From: Callorhinchus milii
Taxonomy: Eukaryota
Assembly: GCF_018977255.1 (NCBI RefSeq)
Contig: NW_024704743.1
Location: 74,402,001-74,466,000 of the forward strand
Reading direction: 5' to 3'
DNA length: 64,000 nt
Shown here: in pieces, positions 1-13,185 of the stretch
Position numbering within the stretch: position 1 is the first letter of the stretch
Layout: every line of letters begins with the position of its first letter
Program-made: the position numbers and the translations under genes
The notes under the pieces: generated by a model
What the model saw: only the letters and a program-made list of their open reading frames with translations
Databases searched by the model: none
Told to the model about the DNA's origin: nothing

Positions 1-1430
1 CTCCCTCCTCGAGCCCCTGCAGTCTAGTTTTCGCACTGACTGCCCACAGCACAGAGACAGCACTTGTCAAAGTCACAAACGACATTCTCTCTATCTGTGA
101 CCAGGGCTCTCTCTGCCTCCTCAACCTCCTGGATCTCTCTGCTGCGTTCGACACAGTCGACCAAGCCATCCTCCTCCATCGGCTCTCCTCCCTCATCTAC
201 CTTAGTGTAACCCCACTCGCATGGTTCAAGTCCTACTTAACCAACCGCCTCCATTTCATCTCAATAAATGGTTTCTCCTCCCACCCCCACCCGTCACCTG
301 CAGGATACCCCAGGGCTCCATTCTTGGCCCTCTACTTTTCCGTATCTATATGCTTCCTCTGGCAATGTCATCCGTAGACACGGGGTAAACTTCCACATAA
401 TAATAATAATCCTTGCATTTGATATAGCGTTTTTCACGTCTTTTAGACGTCTCAAAGCACTTCACAGTAAAGTGAATTGACTGTATATTTGTGGGTGATA
501 CACACAATTGCGGATGACACACAAATCTACTTTACCTCCTCCAGTACCAACTCCGGTCCACCGATGTTCTATCAGCTTCTCTGGCAGAAATCAGGGCCTG
601 GACAAGTGTAAATTTCCTGCAGCTGAATGTGGTCAAGACAGAAGCCATACTCCTTGGCTCCCATTAACGTCTTCACGCCTGCGGATATGAACTCCTCAAC
701 CTCCCTGGGCTCTCCCTCAGACTCACCAAACCAGTAGACATCCGGTTCGACCCCCAGCTGTCCTTCCTCCCCCACACCCAGTCCCCTACCAGGACCGTGT
801 TCCTCCACCTCTGCCAAATTACCCGCCACTGACCGTACCTTACCCCAAATGCAGCTGAAACCCTCATGCATGTGTTTATCACCTCCCACCTGGATTACTC
901 CAACCTGGATTACTCCTCGCCGGTCTCCCCAGCTCCACCATTCACAAGATCCAGCTCATTCAAAACTATGCCGCCCGCATTCTGACCCGGACCGAACTCC
1001 GTACCCACATCTCACCAGTTCTGGCCGGGCTCCACTGGCTCCCCATCACAGAACAGATCGACTTCAAGATCCTCACACTCATGTTCAAATCCCTTCACTC
1101 CCTGGCACCTCCCTACCTCTCCAACCTCCTCACTCCCCAATCCACCACCCGGCACCTCCGCTCGACTGGCACCGGCCTCCTGCTCATCCTTCGCACCCTC
1201 CACCCCACCATCGGAGGTCACGCTTTCAGTCACTACGTCCCACAACTCTGGAACACTCTCCCTCAATCCCTCTACCTTGCCCCCTCTCCTCTTTCAAGTC
1301 CCACCTGAAAACTTTTCTCTTCGACCATGCTTACGGCCAGATCCCCTTCCCCCTTGCTCGGAATCAAGCTCCGCCACTGTTAAGCGCGCTGAGGCACTAT
1401 ATAAGTGCAAGTGTTTCCATTAGCTATTAC
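1..1430 (+). mobile_element. L2-clade LINE relic (RT domain to 3' end) with a SINE tail inserted at ~399-508
   Basis: Degenerate RT motifs LQSSFR..HSTETAL, LLDLSAAFDTVD, PQGSILGPLLF, ADDTQIY, LHWLP..IDFKIL; C-rich strand; L2-type tail. Confidence 0.88.
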
Positions 1431-1849
1431 ATTTGATAAGATCATTGGTACTGAGGCATTTTATGGTATTTTACATAGCCATTTAGCTGTAAAACGAAGC
1501 CAAGTGGACCCGAATGTGATGAAAACCAAAAGTAAATGAACATCTTTGACAAATTATTACCCTTTGATTTGTTCATTTCTTAAATTAAGAAACTTACATT
1601 TACTTTAATGATCCTTACAATTGATATAGATCTTTCTCATCAGTAGGATGTCTCAAAATGCTTCACAGGATTTACTCTAAAGTGTAATGTTTGGATATTT
1701 TTTAATAGGTGAAGGTGGCAGCCAATTTCTGCATAAAAATGTCCCACAGACAACCAAGAAATTAATGATTAATTTTACCTGGGAAATTGATGGCCAGGAG
1801 TCTTTTTGAATAGGAGTTCAACATTAAACATACTACATGTTTTATGGAG

Positions 1850-2780
1850 CGAGTGAGGGAGAGTGCCAAAGTTTTGGGGCATAGTGGCTGAAGGCACAGC
1901 TGCCGATGGTGGAGCAGAAGAGACAAGGGATAAGCAGGAGTCTGAAGCTAACCAAGAAGAGGTGGTGGGTGATGGAATGGGGGTGGTAGGGAGGTCCCAT
2001 GGCATGAAGGGATTTGTAGACAAGTGTGAGGCTCGCAAAATCGATCCGTTCTGTGAGAGGGAGCCAATGAAGCCTGACGAGGACTGGTGTGATGGGTATA
2101 CAGAGTTTAAAGTGGGTGAGCATACAGCTGGTGGAATTCTGAATTAGTTGGATTTTAATAATCCTTGCATTTTGATATAGCGCTTTTCACGTCAGGAGGA
2201 CGTCCCAAAGCGCTTCACAGAACACACTGTAAAGTGAATTGACTGTATATTTGTGGGCGAACGCGGCAGCCAATTGCGCACAGCAATGTCCCACAAACAG
2301 TCTTAGAATGAAAATTTATTATTGTTTTTGGTTTCTTGGAGGGATTATTATTAGGCGTGTGGAGTAAGGAAACTTGCCCAAGGTTTCGCCCTGACCTTTT
2401 TATGGAGCTGGGGAGACCAGCGAGGACAGTATTGGAATATTTGAGGTGACGAAAGCGTGACAAGGATCCCAGCTGTATTGGTTGTGAAATACAGTTGGAG
2501 ACAGAGGTGGTAGAGGGTGATCCTGGGACAGCTGGGGATCAAACCTAATGCCTAGGTTACGGTAGGTCTTAGGGATAGGCCAGGGAGGTTGAGGAGGTCA
2601 GAACCGCAGGAGCGATGATGTTGACGGGAGACAAGTATAGTTTCTGTCTTGTTGACCTTTAGCATGCAGGAAGTTTGCACTCATCCAGGCATTGATGTCT
2701 GACAAACAAACTGGCAGAAAATCAGCATACCTGGACTCACAGCTAGAGGATGAGTAGATTTGGGTGTCATCTGCATACAT
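1850..2780 (-). mobile_element. L2 LINE fragments with a nested 5'-truncated SINE (2158-2395, -)
   Basis: Minus-strand ORFs MYADDTQIY and ITPVLVRLHWLPLTERIDF; SINE body and tail match the other copies. Confidence 0.82.
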
Positions 2781-2811
2781 TTATCATTTATGATAGTTAT
2801 GCCTTCGTTCC

Positions 2812-3095
2812 CACAGGTCTGGCCTCCTCTTTGTCCCCCGAATCCTTCGCTCCACCCTCGGCGGCCGTGCCTTCAGCCACTACGCCCCGAGGCTCTGGAA
2901 CTCCCTTCCTCACTCCCTTCGCCTCGCCCCCTCTCTTCCCACTTTCAGGTCTCGGCTGAAGACCTTTCTTTTCAACTGCGCCTTTGGTCACCTTCCTCCC
3001 CCTCCCCCCGGCTCGGCCCCGGGATCTGTTACTGAGAAGCATTCCGAGATGCGGTCCGGCATGGAGGGCGCTATATAAATCTAAGTAGTTGTTAT
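2812..3095 (+). mobile_element. L2 LINE 3' end fragment
   Basis: GGRAFSHYAPRLWNSLP-type region followed by the gcgctatataaat tail. Confidence 0.8.
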
Positions 3096-3931
3096 CATAG
3101 ATTTTTGATCTGAGTTCAAAGATCTGATATGGGGCTTGAATCCACAGCTTTCTGAATCAGAAGTAAGAGTTCTACTAACTGAACAATGCTGACACCTATT
3201 TTCTACTGCTCTGAGACCGAACTACAAAACATTATGTATTTGGCATGGATTTTGCAATGATTTTCCCCAGAAAAGCCCTTACTAAAAATCTAATTTAACG
3301 TAACTGACGAGAAGCGTGCTATCACTGTATACAAAAAAAACTCATTTTGTTATTTAAACCTGTTGATGATTTTACTCCCCAGTAATTATTCCCAGGAATA
3401 CTTTGTTCCCTATATATTCAGTCTATTGAAAGACTAAAGCAATTAAACCATTCACAGGGAGAAAAGGAATGTATGCAGGGAAACTATACCAAAATAGGAT
3501 TTAATAACTCAAACCTCACCAGGTCAGAGTTAATTTTATGCCCCTCAAATGAGTCCAAATTTTCATCTCCATTCTTACCCACTAGTCTGTTCTTTATCTA
3601 CCGTAAAAAATGCAAACATTTTTAAATACTTTGAAAGCTATTTAAAAAATGAAAAAACACTCCCATCTAGTGGTTTCTTAAGGAAAAGTCAGGTCTTTTA
3701 TTTGATCTATTAGGATTTTTTAAAATCAAAACTACTGAAAATTTCTTCTAAATCTTATTATTGGACTAAGATACTGAAATGTGTGAATAAATACTAGTTA
3801 ATCCCTGGCTGTCCAGCACCTTGGTACGTACTCCCTACATGAAAGGTGCTATACAAATGTAATTTGTTACTGTCGATAGTATGTCATATTAGTACTGTGC
3901 TTAACAATGTTTTTTTTAATCAATGGTTTAG

Positions 3932-4150
3932 GATTAATAAGGACCATGAACGTATTCCTGAAAGAATTCCAGAAGCTGTATGTTTGTGTCAGGGATGCAT
4001 CAGTTTTGAAAAGATGAAGCACACATTGGATTACACTTCAGTGCCTGTCACAGCAAACATGCAAGTGTATCGTCGAACATCCTGTAAAAAGGGACAGTTT
4101 CAGTACAAGATGGCATGGATTGAAATTGCTGTAGCTTGTACGTGCGTTTT
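3932..4150 (+). CDS. IL-17 family cytokine, last coding exon (cystine-knot region; IL-17D/B-like, subtype not resolved). Upstream exons not seen in the window
   Basis: T-rich acceptor ...ggtttag|G at 3931/3932 (phase 2, Arg codon), the intron position known in IL17B/C/D. Translation RINKDHERIPERIPEAVCLCQGCIS...SVPV...RRTSC...IAVACTCVF has the IL-17 D-x-x-R-x-P, CLCxGC and CTCV motifs. As assembled, the frame reads on into the satellite to TAA at 4239-4241. Confidence 0.9.
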
Positions 4151-7100
4151 CATTGACTCCTGTAACATCCACTCACTCACTCACTCACTCACTCACTCAC
4201 TCACTCACTCACTCACTCACTCACTCACTCACTCCCTGTAACATCCACTCACTCACCCCTTGTAACATCCACTCACTGACTCGCTGTAACATCCACTCAC
4301 TCACTCACTCACTCACTGTAACATCCACTCACTCACTCACTCACTCACTGTAACATCCACTCCCTCACTCTCTGTAGCATCCACTCACTGACACCCCGTA
4401 ACATCCACTTACTCACTTCCTGTAACATCCACTCACTCACTCTCTGTAGCATCCACTCACTCACTCACTCACTCACTCATTCACTCACTGTAACGTCCAC
4501 TCCCTGAATCACTCACTCCCTGTAACATCCACTCACTCACCCCTTGTAACATCCACTCACTCACTCACTCACTCACTGTAACATCCACTCACTCACTCCC
4601 TGTAACATCCACTCCCTCACTCTCTGTAGCATCCACTCACTGACACCCGTAACATCCACTTACTCACTTCCTGTAACATCCACTCACTCACCCTGTAACA
4701 TCCACTCACTCACTCCCTGTAACATCCACTCCCTGACTCACTGTAACATCCACTCACTAACTCACACCCTGTAACATCCACTCACTGACTCGCTGTAACA
4801 TCCACTCACTCACTCACTCACTCACTCACTCACTCACTCACTCACTGTAACATCCACTCCCTGACTCACTCACTCCCTGTAACATCCACTCACTCACTCC
4901 CTGTAACATCCACTCCCTGACTCACCGTAACATCCACTCACTGACTCCCTGTAACATCCACTCACTCACTCCAAGTAACATCCACTCACTGACTCACTCC
5001 CTGCAACATCCACTCACTGTAACATCCACTCACTGACTCACTGTAACATCCACTCCCCGACTCACTCCCTGTAACATCCAGTCATTGACTCCTGTAACAT
5101 CCACTCACTGACTCCCTGTAACATCCACTCACTCACTCCCTGTAACATCCACTCACTCACTCCCTGTAACATCCACGCACTCCCTATAACATCCACTCAC
5201 TGACACACTCCCTGTAACATCCACTCACTCACTCCCTGTATCATCCAGTCATTGACTCCTGTAACATCCACTCACTGACTCCCTGTAACATCCACTCACT
5301 CACTCCCTGTAACATCCACTCACTCCCTGTAACATCCACTCACTCCCTATAACATCCACTCACTCACTCACTCACTCACTCACTCACTCACTCACTCACT
5401 CACTCACTGTAACATCCACTCACTCACTCACTCACTCACTCACTGTAACATCCACTCACTCACTCACTCACTCACTCACTCACTCACTCACTCACTCACT
5501 CACTGTAACATCCACTCCCTCACTCACTCACTTCCTGGAACATCCACTCACTCACTCCCTGTAACATCCACTCACTGACTCGCTGTAACATCCACTCACT
5601 CACTCACTCACTCACTCACTCACTCACTCACTCACTCACTCACTCACTCACTGTAACGTCCACTCCCTGACTCACTCACTCCCTGTAACATCCACTCACT
5701 CACTCCCTGTAACATCCACTCCCTGACTCACCGTAACATCCACTCACTGACTCCCTGTAACATCCACTCACTCACTCCAAGTAACATCCACTCACTGACT
5801 CACTGTAACATCCACTCACTGACTCACTCCCTGTAACATCCACTCACTGCCTCCTGTAACATCCACTCACTGTAACATCCACTCACTGACTCACTGTAAC
5901 ATCCACTCCCCGACTCACTCCCTGTAACATCCAGTCATTGACTCCTGTAACATCCACTCACTGACACACTCCCTGTAACATCTACTCACTCACCCCTTGT
6001 AACATCCACTCACTGACTCGCTGTAACATCCACTCACTCACTAACTCACTCACTCACTCACTCACTCACGCACTCACTCAATCACTCACTCACTCACTCA
6101 CTCACTCACTCACTCACTCACTCACTCACTCACTGTAACATCCACTCACTCACTCACTCACTGTAACATCCACTCACTCACTCCCTGTAACATCCACTCC
6201 CTCACTCTCTGTAGCATCCACTCACTGACACCCCGTAACATCCACTTACTCACTTCCTGTAACATCCACTCACTCACTCCCTGTAACATCCACTCACTGA
6301 CTCGCTGTAACATCCACTCACTCACTCACTCACTGTAACATCCACTCCCTGACTCACTCACTCCCTGTAACATCCACTCACTCACTCCCTGTAACATCCA
6401 CTCCCTGACTCACCGTAACATCCACTCACTGACTCCCTGTAACATCCACTCACTCACTCCAAGTAACATCCAGTCATTGACTCCTGTAACATCCACTCAC
6501 TCACTCACTCACTCACTCACTCACTCACTCACTCACTCACTCACTCACTCACTCACTCCCTGTAACATCCACTCACTCACCCCTTGTAACATCCACTCAC
6601 TGACTCGCTGTAACATCCACTCACTCACTCACTCACTCATTCATTCACTCACTCACTCACTCACTCACTCACTCACTGTAACATCCACTCACTCACTCTC
6701 TGTAGCATCCACTCACTGACACCCCGTAACATCCACTTACTCACTTCCTGTAACATCCACTCCCTGACTCGCTGTAACATCCACTCCCTGACTCACTGTA
6801 ACATCCACTCACTCACTCCCTGTGACATCCACTCACTGACTCACTCACTCACTCATTCACTCACTGTAACTTCCACTCCCTGAATCACTCACTCCCTGTA
6901 ACATCCACTCACTCACCCCTTGTAACATCCACTCACTCACTCACTCACTCACTGTAACATCCACTCCCTCACTCCCTGTAACATCCACTCCCTCACTCTC
7001 TGTAGCATCCACTCACTGACACCTCGTAACATCCACTTACTCACTTCCTGTAACATCCACTCATTCACTCCCTGTAACATCCACTCACTCACTCCTTGTA

Positions 7101-7868
7101 ACAACCACTCCCTGACTCATTGTAACATCCACTCACTGATTCACACCCTGTAACATCCACTCACTGACACACTGTAACATCCACTCACTGACTCACTCCC
7201 TGTAACATCCACTCACTGACTCTCTGTAACATCCACTCACTGACTCTCTGTAACATCCACTCACTCACTCACCGTAACATCCACTCACTGACTCCCTGTA
7301 ACATCCACTCACTCACTCCAAGTAACATCCACTCACTGACTCACTCCCTGTAACATCCACTCACTGCCTCCTGTAACATCCACTCACTGTAACATCCACT
7401 CACTGACTCACTGTAACATCCACTCCCCGACTCACTACCTGTAACATCCAGTCATTGACTCCTGTAACATCCACTCACTGACTCCCTGTAACATCCACTC
7501 ACTCCCTGTAACATCCACTCACTCACTCCCTGTAACATCCACTCACTCACTCCCTATAACATCCACTCACTCACTCACTGTAATGTCCACTCACTGACTC
7601 ACTCACTCTCTGTAACATCCACTCACTCACCCCTTGTAACATCCACTCACTGACTCACTGTAACATCCACTCACTCACTCACTGTAACGTCCACTCCCTG
7701 ACTCACTCACTCCCTGTAACATCCACTCACACACCCCTTGTAACATCCACTCACTGACTCGCTGTAATATCCACTCACACACTCACTCACTCCCTGTAAC
7801 ATCCACTCACTGACTCACTCCCTGTAACATCCACTCACTCACCCCTTGTAACATCCACTCACTGACTC
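4151..7868. repeat. Minisatellite array, core TGTAACATCCAC + (TCAC)n + TCCC/TGAC variants
   Basis: Well over 100 tandem units of about 16-60 nt with recurring variant blocks; ends at an N gap. Confidence 0.98.
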
Positions 7869-7893
7869 NNNNNNNNNNNNNNNNNNNNNNNNN
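7869..7893. other. Assembly gap (25 N)
   Basis: Run of n. Confidence 1.
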
Positions 7894-7912
7894 TCCAAAG
7901 GTGACAAGCTAA
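7894..7912 (+). CDS. Probable true C-terminus of the IL-17 exon ((F)PKVTS*), displaced by the satellite and gap
   Basis: TT at 4149-4150 plus T at 7894 gives TTT, followed by CCA AAG GTG ACA AGC TAA. This restores the family-typical CTCVxP ending, and AU-rich 3'UTR-like sequence follows. Confidence 0.7.
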
Positions 7913-8013
7913 TCACTATCCAAAGAAGAAAATTACTGTGACAAGAGTTGCAACTCTGTCACAATAGTTCTACAACACCAGAAATAGCCTGAATTATTCT
8001 GTCTCTTTTCAGT

Positions 8014-8022
8014 ATTTATTTA
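8014..8022 (+). promoter_or_regulatory. AU-rich element (overlapping ATTTATTTA) in the putative IL-17 3'UTR
   Basis: tATTTATTTAt about 100 nt after the TAA at 7910-7912, with another ATTTA at 8149. AREs are typical of cytokine mRNAs. Confidence 0.45.
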
Positions 8023-8379
8023 TAGATCTCTAGTAACAACACAAAATCGATATTTTTTGCTGTACACCTGATCTTGTACAGAAGGATAAGATCAGGTATC
8101 AGGCAATGGAAACAACAAAATTGAAACAAACACCAAAATACCACATGAATTTATTTGGAAGACTTAGTACTTTACCTTCAACCTACATCACAGCTTTCCC
8201 AATCAGTATTCAGTTATATTTCATACGTGTGCAGAGTATATGTGGCAATCTATGTAATAATTCCAACTTTCCTGTTGGCTCAGTTATTGTCTAGTGAAAC
8301 TAGGTGCTACAGTATGGATATTGAAGCATTCTGGACTAGGGAGGGGGAAAAGAGTTTCTAGTTTTCATTCTTGATTAAG

Positions 8380-9490
8380 AACAGGCGGAGCCATTCAATC
8401 CACCAAACCACCTATTTATTAGATCTTGACAGATCTTTTACTCCCAATGCCCTGCCCTTCCACCATACCTTTTCATAATTTCACTACCCAAGTGTCGGTC
8501 TATCTCTTTTCTAAACATCCCTACTGATCCCGCCTCTACAACTTTCTGGAGCAGAGCATTCCACAAGTTCCCAAGCGTTGGACAGTCAAGCATGTGCTCC
8601 GGAACTGAGGGTTGAGATCAGGAGGGGTGGAGGTTAGGGAGGGCAGGGGTAGGAGGATAACTGAAGGCGTGATCGAAGACAAAGGTATTAAGATGGTCCT
8701 TGAAGGAGACAAGGGAGGGTCGAGGCAAAGGGATTGTCCGATGGTGTTCCAAAGGGTGGGGGCAGAAAGACTGAAGGTACGACTGCAGATGGTGGAGCGG
8801 GCAGGGCAGGGAACATGGAGCAGACCAGAGTCTGCCAAGCAGAGGGAGCGGACAGGCTGGTATGGGGTTAGCAGGTCGCAGAGGTAAGAAGGAGCAAGAC
8901 CGTGGAGGGCTTTGAAGGCGAGGACAAGGATTTTGAACTCAATCCTCTGGGGGATGGGGAGCCAGTGGAGCCGGGCGAGTCACAGAGCCTGGTGTGGGAG
9001 AGGACATGCTGCAGAGTTCTGAATAATCTGCATCTTATGGAGGGAAGAGTTGGGAAGACTGACAAACAGGGAGTTAGTGTAATACTTTAATAATAATAAT
9101 AATAATAATCCTTGAATTTGATTAGAGCAGTACTCTGTAGAACCGGACCAGCACCTTTTTGCTTTTATATTCTAGATCTCGTTAAAAAGGTCAGCATTTC
9201 ATTTGCCTTTTTGACTGCTTTCTATATCTGTGAACTAGATTTTAACAATCTATGGAATTGAATGCCTCGGTCGCTGGTCTATTCCTGCTATTGCTTCCCC
9301 ATGCAGTGCACTACCTGACACTTTGCAATGTTAAGTTACGTCCGTACCACAATTCTGCCCACTCATTGAGCCTATGTCTCTTTGTATTTTTTGCCTATCT
9401 GCTTCAAATTGTACAACACATCCTAGCTTAATGCCGCCCAGAAACTTCGAAATAGTCCCCTCTATTCCTGTAACCAGGTCATTAAAATAT
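8380..9490 (-). mobile_element. CR1-like relic interrupted by an L2 3' fragment (~8570-9080)
   Basis: CR1-type 3' end (ggccattcaatccacc...agcattcca) and L2 GxxFS..APTLWN / RIEFKILVL remnants on the - strand. Confidence 0.65.
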
Positions 9491-9994
9491 AAGATTTTTT
9501 ATGGATTAAGCCCTACTGGAAAATGGACATGTCTAGATGTTCTGTGAGGATAGGGCTGTCATGTGGAACAACCTATCTGGCTTCAACAGGATTGATTCTA
9601 AAAATATCAAATTAATAGTGGTCTGGGATCTTCACATCAGATCTGCCATGATATGCACTGTTCCAGAACCTTCACTCAATCATTACACAATCTTAATAGG
9701 TTGTGGATCAGTGTGTGTTTACAACATGAGATTACTCCGAAATGTGGCTCCCAGTATTTGGGAAATGTGAAATTTGGGATTTTTTTAAAAAAAAATACAT
9801 TATTTGTACAATATGACATTTTCATAATAAAGTTTTAGTTGTAGTTAAAATAAAAAACAAGTATTGCCTTGTTTCCTGTGTTTACATATTCATATCATTC
9901 CCTGCATCTATCCATGAAATAAAAATTTAATAATATTCATCATCCACATCTCCTCTACATAAATTCAAACCCGAACGTCTTCCACCACAGACTC

Positions 9995-10909
9995 ACACAG
10001 CCCCGACACACACACACACACACACACACAGCCCTGACACAAACAAACACACACACAGCCCTGACACACACACACACACACACAGCCCTAACACACACAC
10101 ACACACACAGCCCTGACACACACACACACACACAGCCCTGACACACACACACACACACACAGCCCTGACACACACACACACACACACACACAGCCCTGAC
10201 ACACACACACACACACAGCCCTGACACACACACACACACACAGCCCTGACACACACACACACACACACACACAGCCCTACACACACACACACACACACAC
10301 ACAGCCCCAACACACACACAGCCCTAACACACACACACACACACAGCCCTAACACACACACACACACACAGCCCTGACACACACACACACACACACACAG
10401 CCCTGACACACACACACACACACACAGCCCTGACACACACACACACACACACACACAGCCCTGACACACACACACACACACAGCCCTGACACACACACAC
10501 ACACACAGCCCCGACACACACACACACACACACACACAGCCCTAACACACACACACACACACAGCCCTGCACACACACACACACACACAGCCCTGACACA
10601 CACACACACACACAGCCCTGACCAACACACACACACACACACACACACACAGCCCTGACACACACACACACACACACAGCCCTGACACACACACACACAC
10701 ACACAGCCCTGACACACACACACACACACACACAGCCTGACACACACACACACACACACAGCCCTGACACACACACACACACACACACACACACAGCCCG
10801 ACACACACACACACACACAGCCCTGACACACACACACACACACAGCCCTGACACACACACACACACACACACAGCCCTACACACACACACACACACACAC
10901 ACACAGCCC

Positions 10910-10944
<35 letters not shown>

Positions 10945-11481
10945 CCCTGACACACACACACACACACACAGCCTGACACACACACACACACACACACAGC
11001 CTAAGACACAACACACACACACACACACACACAGCCCTGACACACACACACACACAGCCCTGACACACACACACACACACAGCCCTGACACACACACACA
11101 CACCCCACACACACACACACACAGCCCTGACACACACACACACACACACACACAGCCCTGACACACACACACACACAGCCCTAACACACACACACACACA
11201 CAGCCCTACACACACACACACACACACACAGCCCTGGTTACTGTCACACACACACACACACACACAGCCCTGACACACACACACACACACACAGCCCACA
11301 CACACACACACACAGCCCTGACACACACACATACACAGCCCTGACACACACACAGCCCCAACACACACACACACACACAGCCCCGACACACACACACACA
11401 CACACAGCGCTGACACACACACACACACACACAGCCCTGACACACACACACACACAGCCCTAACACACACACACACACAGC
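9995..11481. repeat. Compound minisatellite GCCCTG(AC)n
   Basis: (CA)5-13 tracts punctuated by gccctg/gcccta/gccccg. Confidence 0.98.
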
Positions 11482-13185
11482 CTCACTGACTCGCTGTAAC
11501 ATCCACTCACTCACTCACTCACTCACTCACTCACTCACTCACTCACTCACTCACTGTAACGTTCACTCCCTGACTCACTCACTCCCTGTAACATTCACTC
11601 ACTCACCCCTTGTAACATCCACTCACTGACTCGCTGTAACATCCACTCACTCACTCACTCACTCACTGTAACGTTCACTCCCTGACTCACTCACTCCCTG
11701 TAACATTCACTCACTCACCCCTTGTAACATCCACTCACTGACTCGCTGTAACATCCACTCACTGACTCACTCACTCACTCACTCACTCACTCCCTGTAAC
11801 ATCCACTCACTCACTCACTCACTGTAACATCCACTCACTCACTCACTGTAACATCCACTCACTCACTCCCTGTAACATCCACTCCCTCACTCTCTGTAGC
11901 ATCCACTCACTGACACCCCGTAACATCCACTTACTCACTTCCTGTAACATCCACTCACTCACTCCCTGTAACATCCACTCACTCACTCCTTGTAACATCC
12001 ACTCCCTGACTCACTGTAACATCCACTCACTGACTCACACCCTGTAACATCCACTCACTGACTCGCTGTAACATCCACTCACTCACTCACTCACTCACTC
12101 ACTCCCTGTAACATCCACTCACTCACCCCTTGTAACATCCACTCACTGACTCACTGTAACATCCACTCACTCACTCACTCACTCACTGTAACGTCCACTC
12201 CCTGACTCACTCACTCCCTGTAACATCCACTCACTCACCCCTTGTAACATCCACTCACTGACTCGCTGTAACATCCACTCACTCACTCACTCACTCACTC
12301 AATCACTCACTCACTGTAACGTCCACTCCCTGACTCACTCACTCCCTGTAACATCCACTCACTCACTCCTTGTAACATCCACTCCCTGACTCACTGTAAC
12401 ATCCACTCACTGACTCACACCCTGTAACATCCACTCACTGACTCGCTGTAACATCCACTCGCTGACTCACTCACTCACTCACTCACTCACTCACTCACTC
12501 ACTCACTCACTCACTGTAACATCCACTCACTCACTCCCTGTAACATCCACTCCCTCACTCTCTGTAACATCCACTCACTCACTCACTCACTCACTCACTC
12601 ACTCCCTGTAACATCCACTCCCTCACTCTCTGTAGCATCCACTCACTGACACCTCGTAACATCCACTTACTCACTCCCTGTAACATCCACTCACTCACTC
12701 CCTGTAACATCCACTCCCTCACTCTCTGTAGCATCCACTCACTGACACCCGGTAACATCCACTTACTCACTTCCTGTAACATCCACTCACTCACTCACTG
12801 TAACATCCACTCACTGTAACATCCACTCACTGACTCACTGTAACATCCACTCACTGTAACATCCACTCACTGACTCACTGTAACATCCACTCACTGACTC
12901 ACTCCCTGTAACATCCACTCACTGAATCACTGTAACATCCACTCACTCACTCCCTGTTATATCCACTCGCTGACTCACTCCCTGCAAGATCCACTCACTC
13001 AATCCCTGTAACATCCACTCCCTGACTCACTGTAACATCCACTCACTCTCTGTAATATCCACTCACTCACTCCCTCTAACATCCACTCACTGACTCACTG
13101 TAACACCCACTCACTGATTCACACCCTCACTGTAACATCCACTCACTCACTGTTGCGTCCACTACGATGACTGACTGTAACGTCC
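11482..13185. repeat. Second TGTAACATCCAC(TCAC)n minisatellite array, degenerating toward its right end
   Basis: Same units and same variant blocks as 4151-7868. Confidence 0.97.

Noticed and set aside
4151..7868. Repeat-spacer appearance suggesting a CRISPR array
   Set aside because: The 'spacers' are (TCAC)n variants rather than unique sequences; eukaryotic context and no cas genes
9955..11514. Long Cys/Val-rich ORFs on the - strand
   Set aside because: Translation of the (GT)n compound minisatellite; no coding evidence
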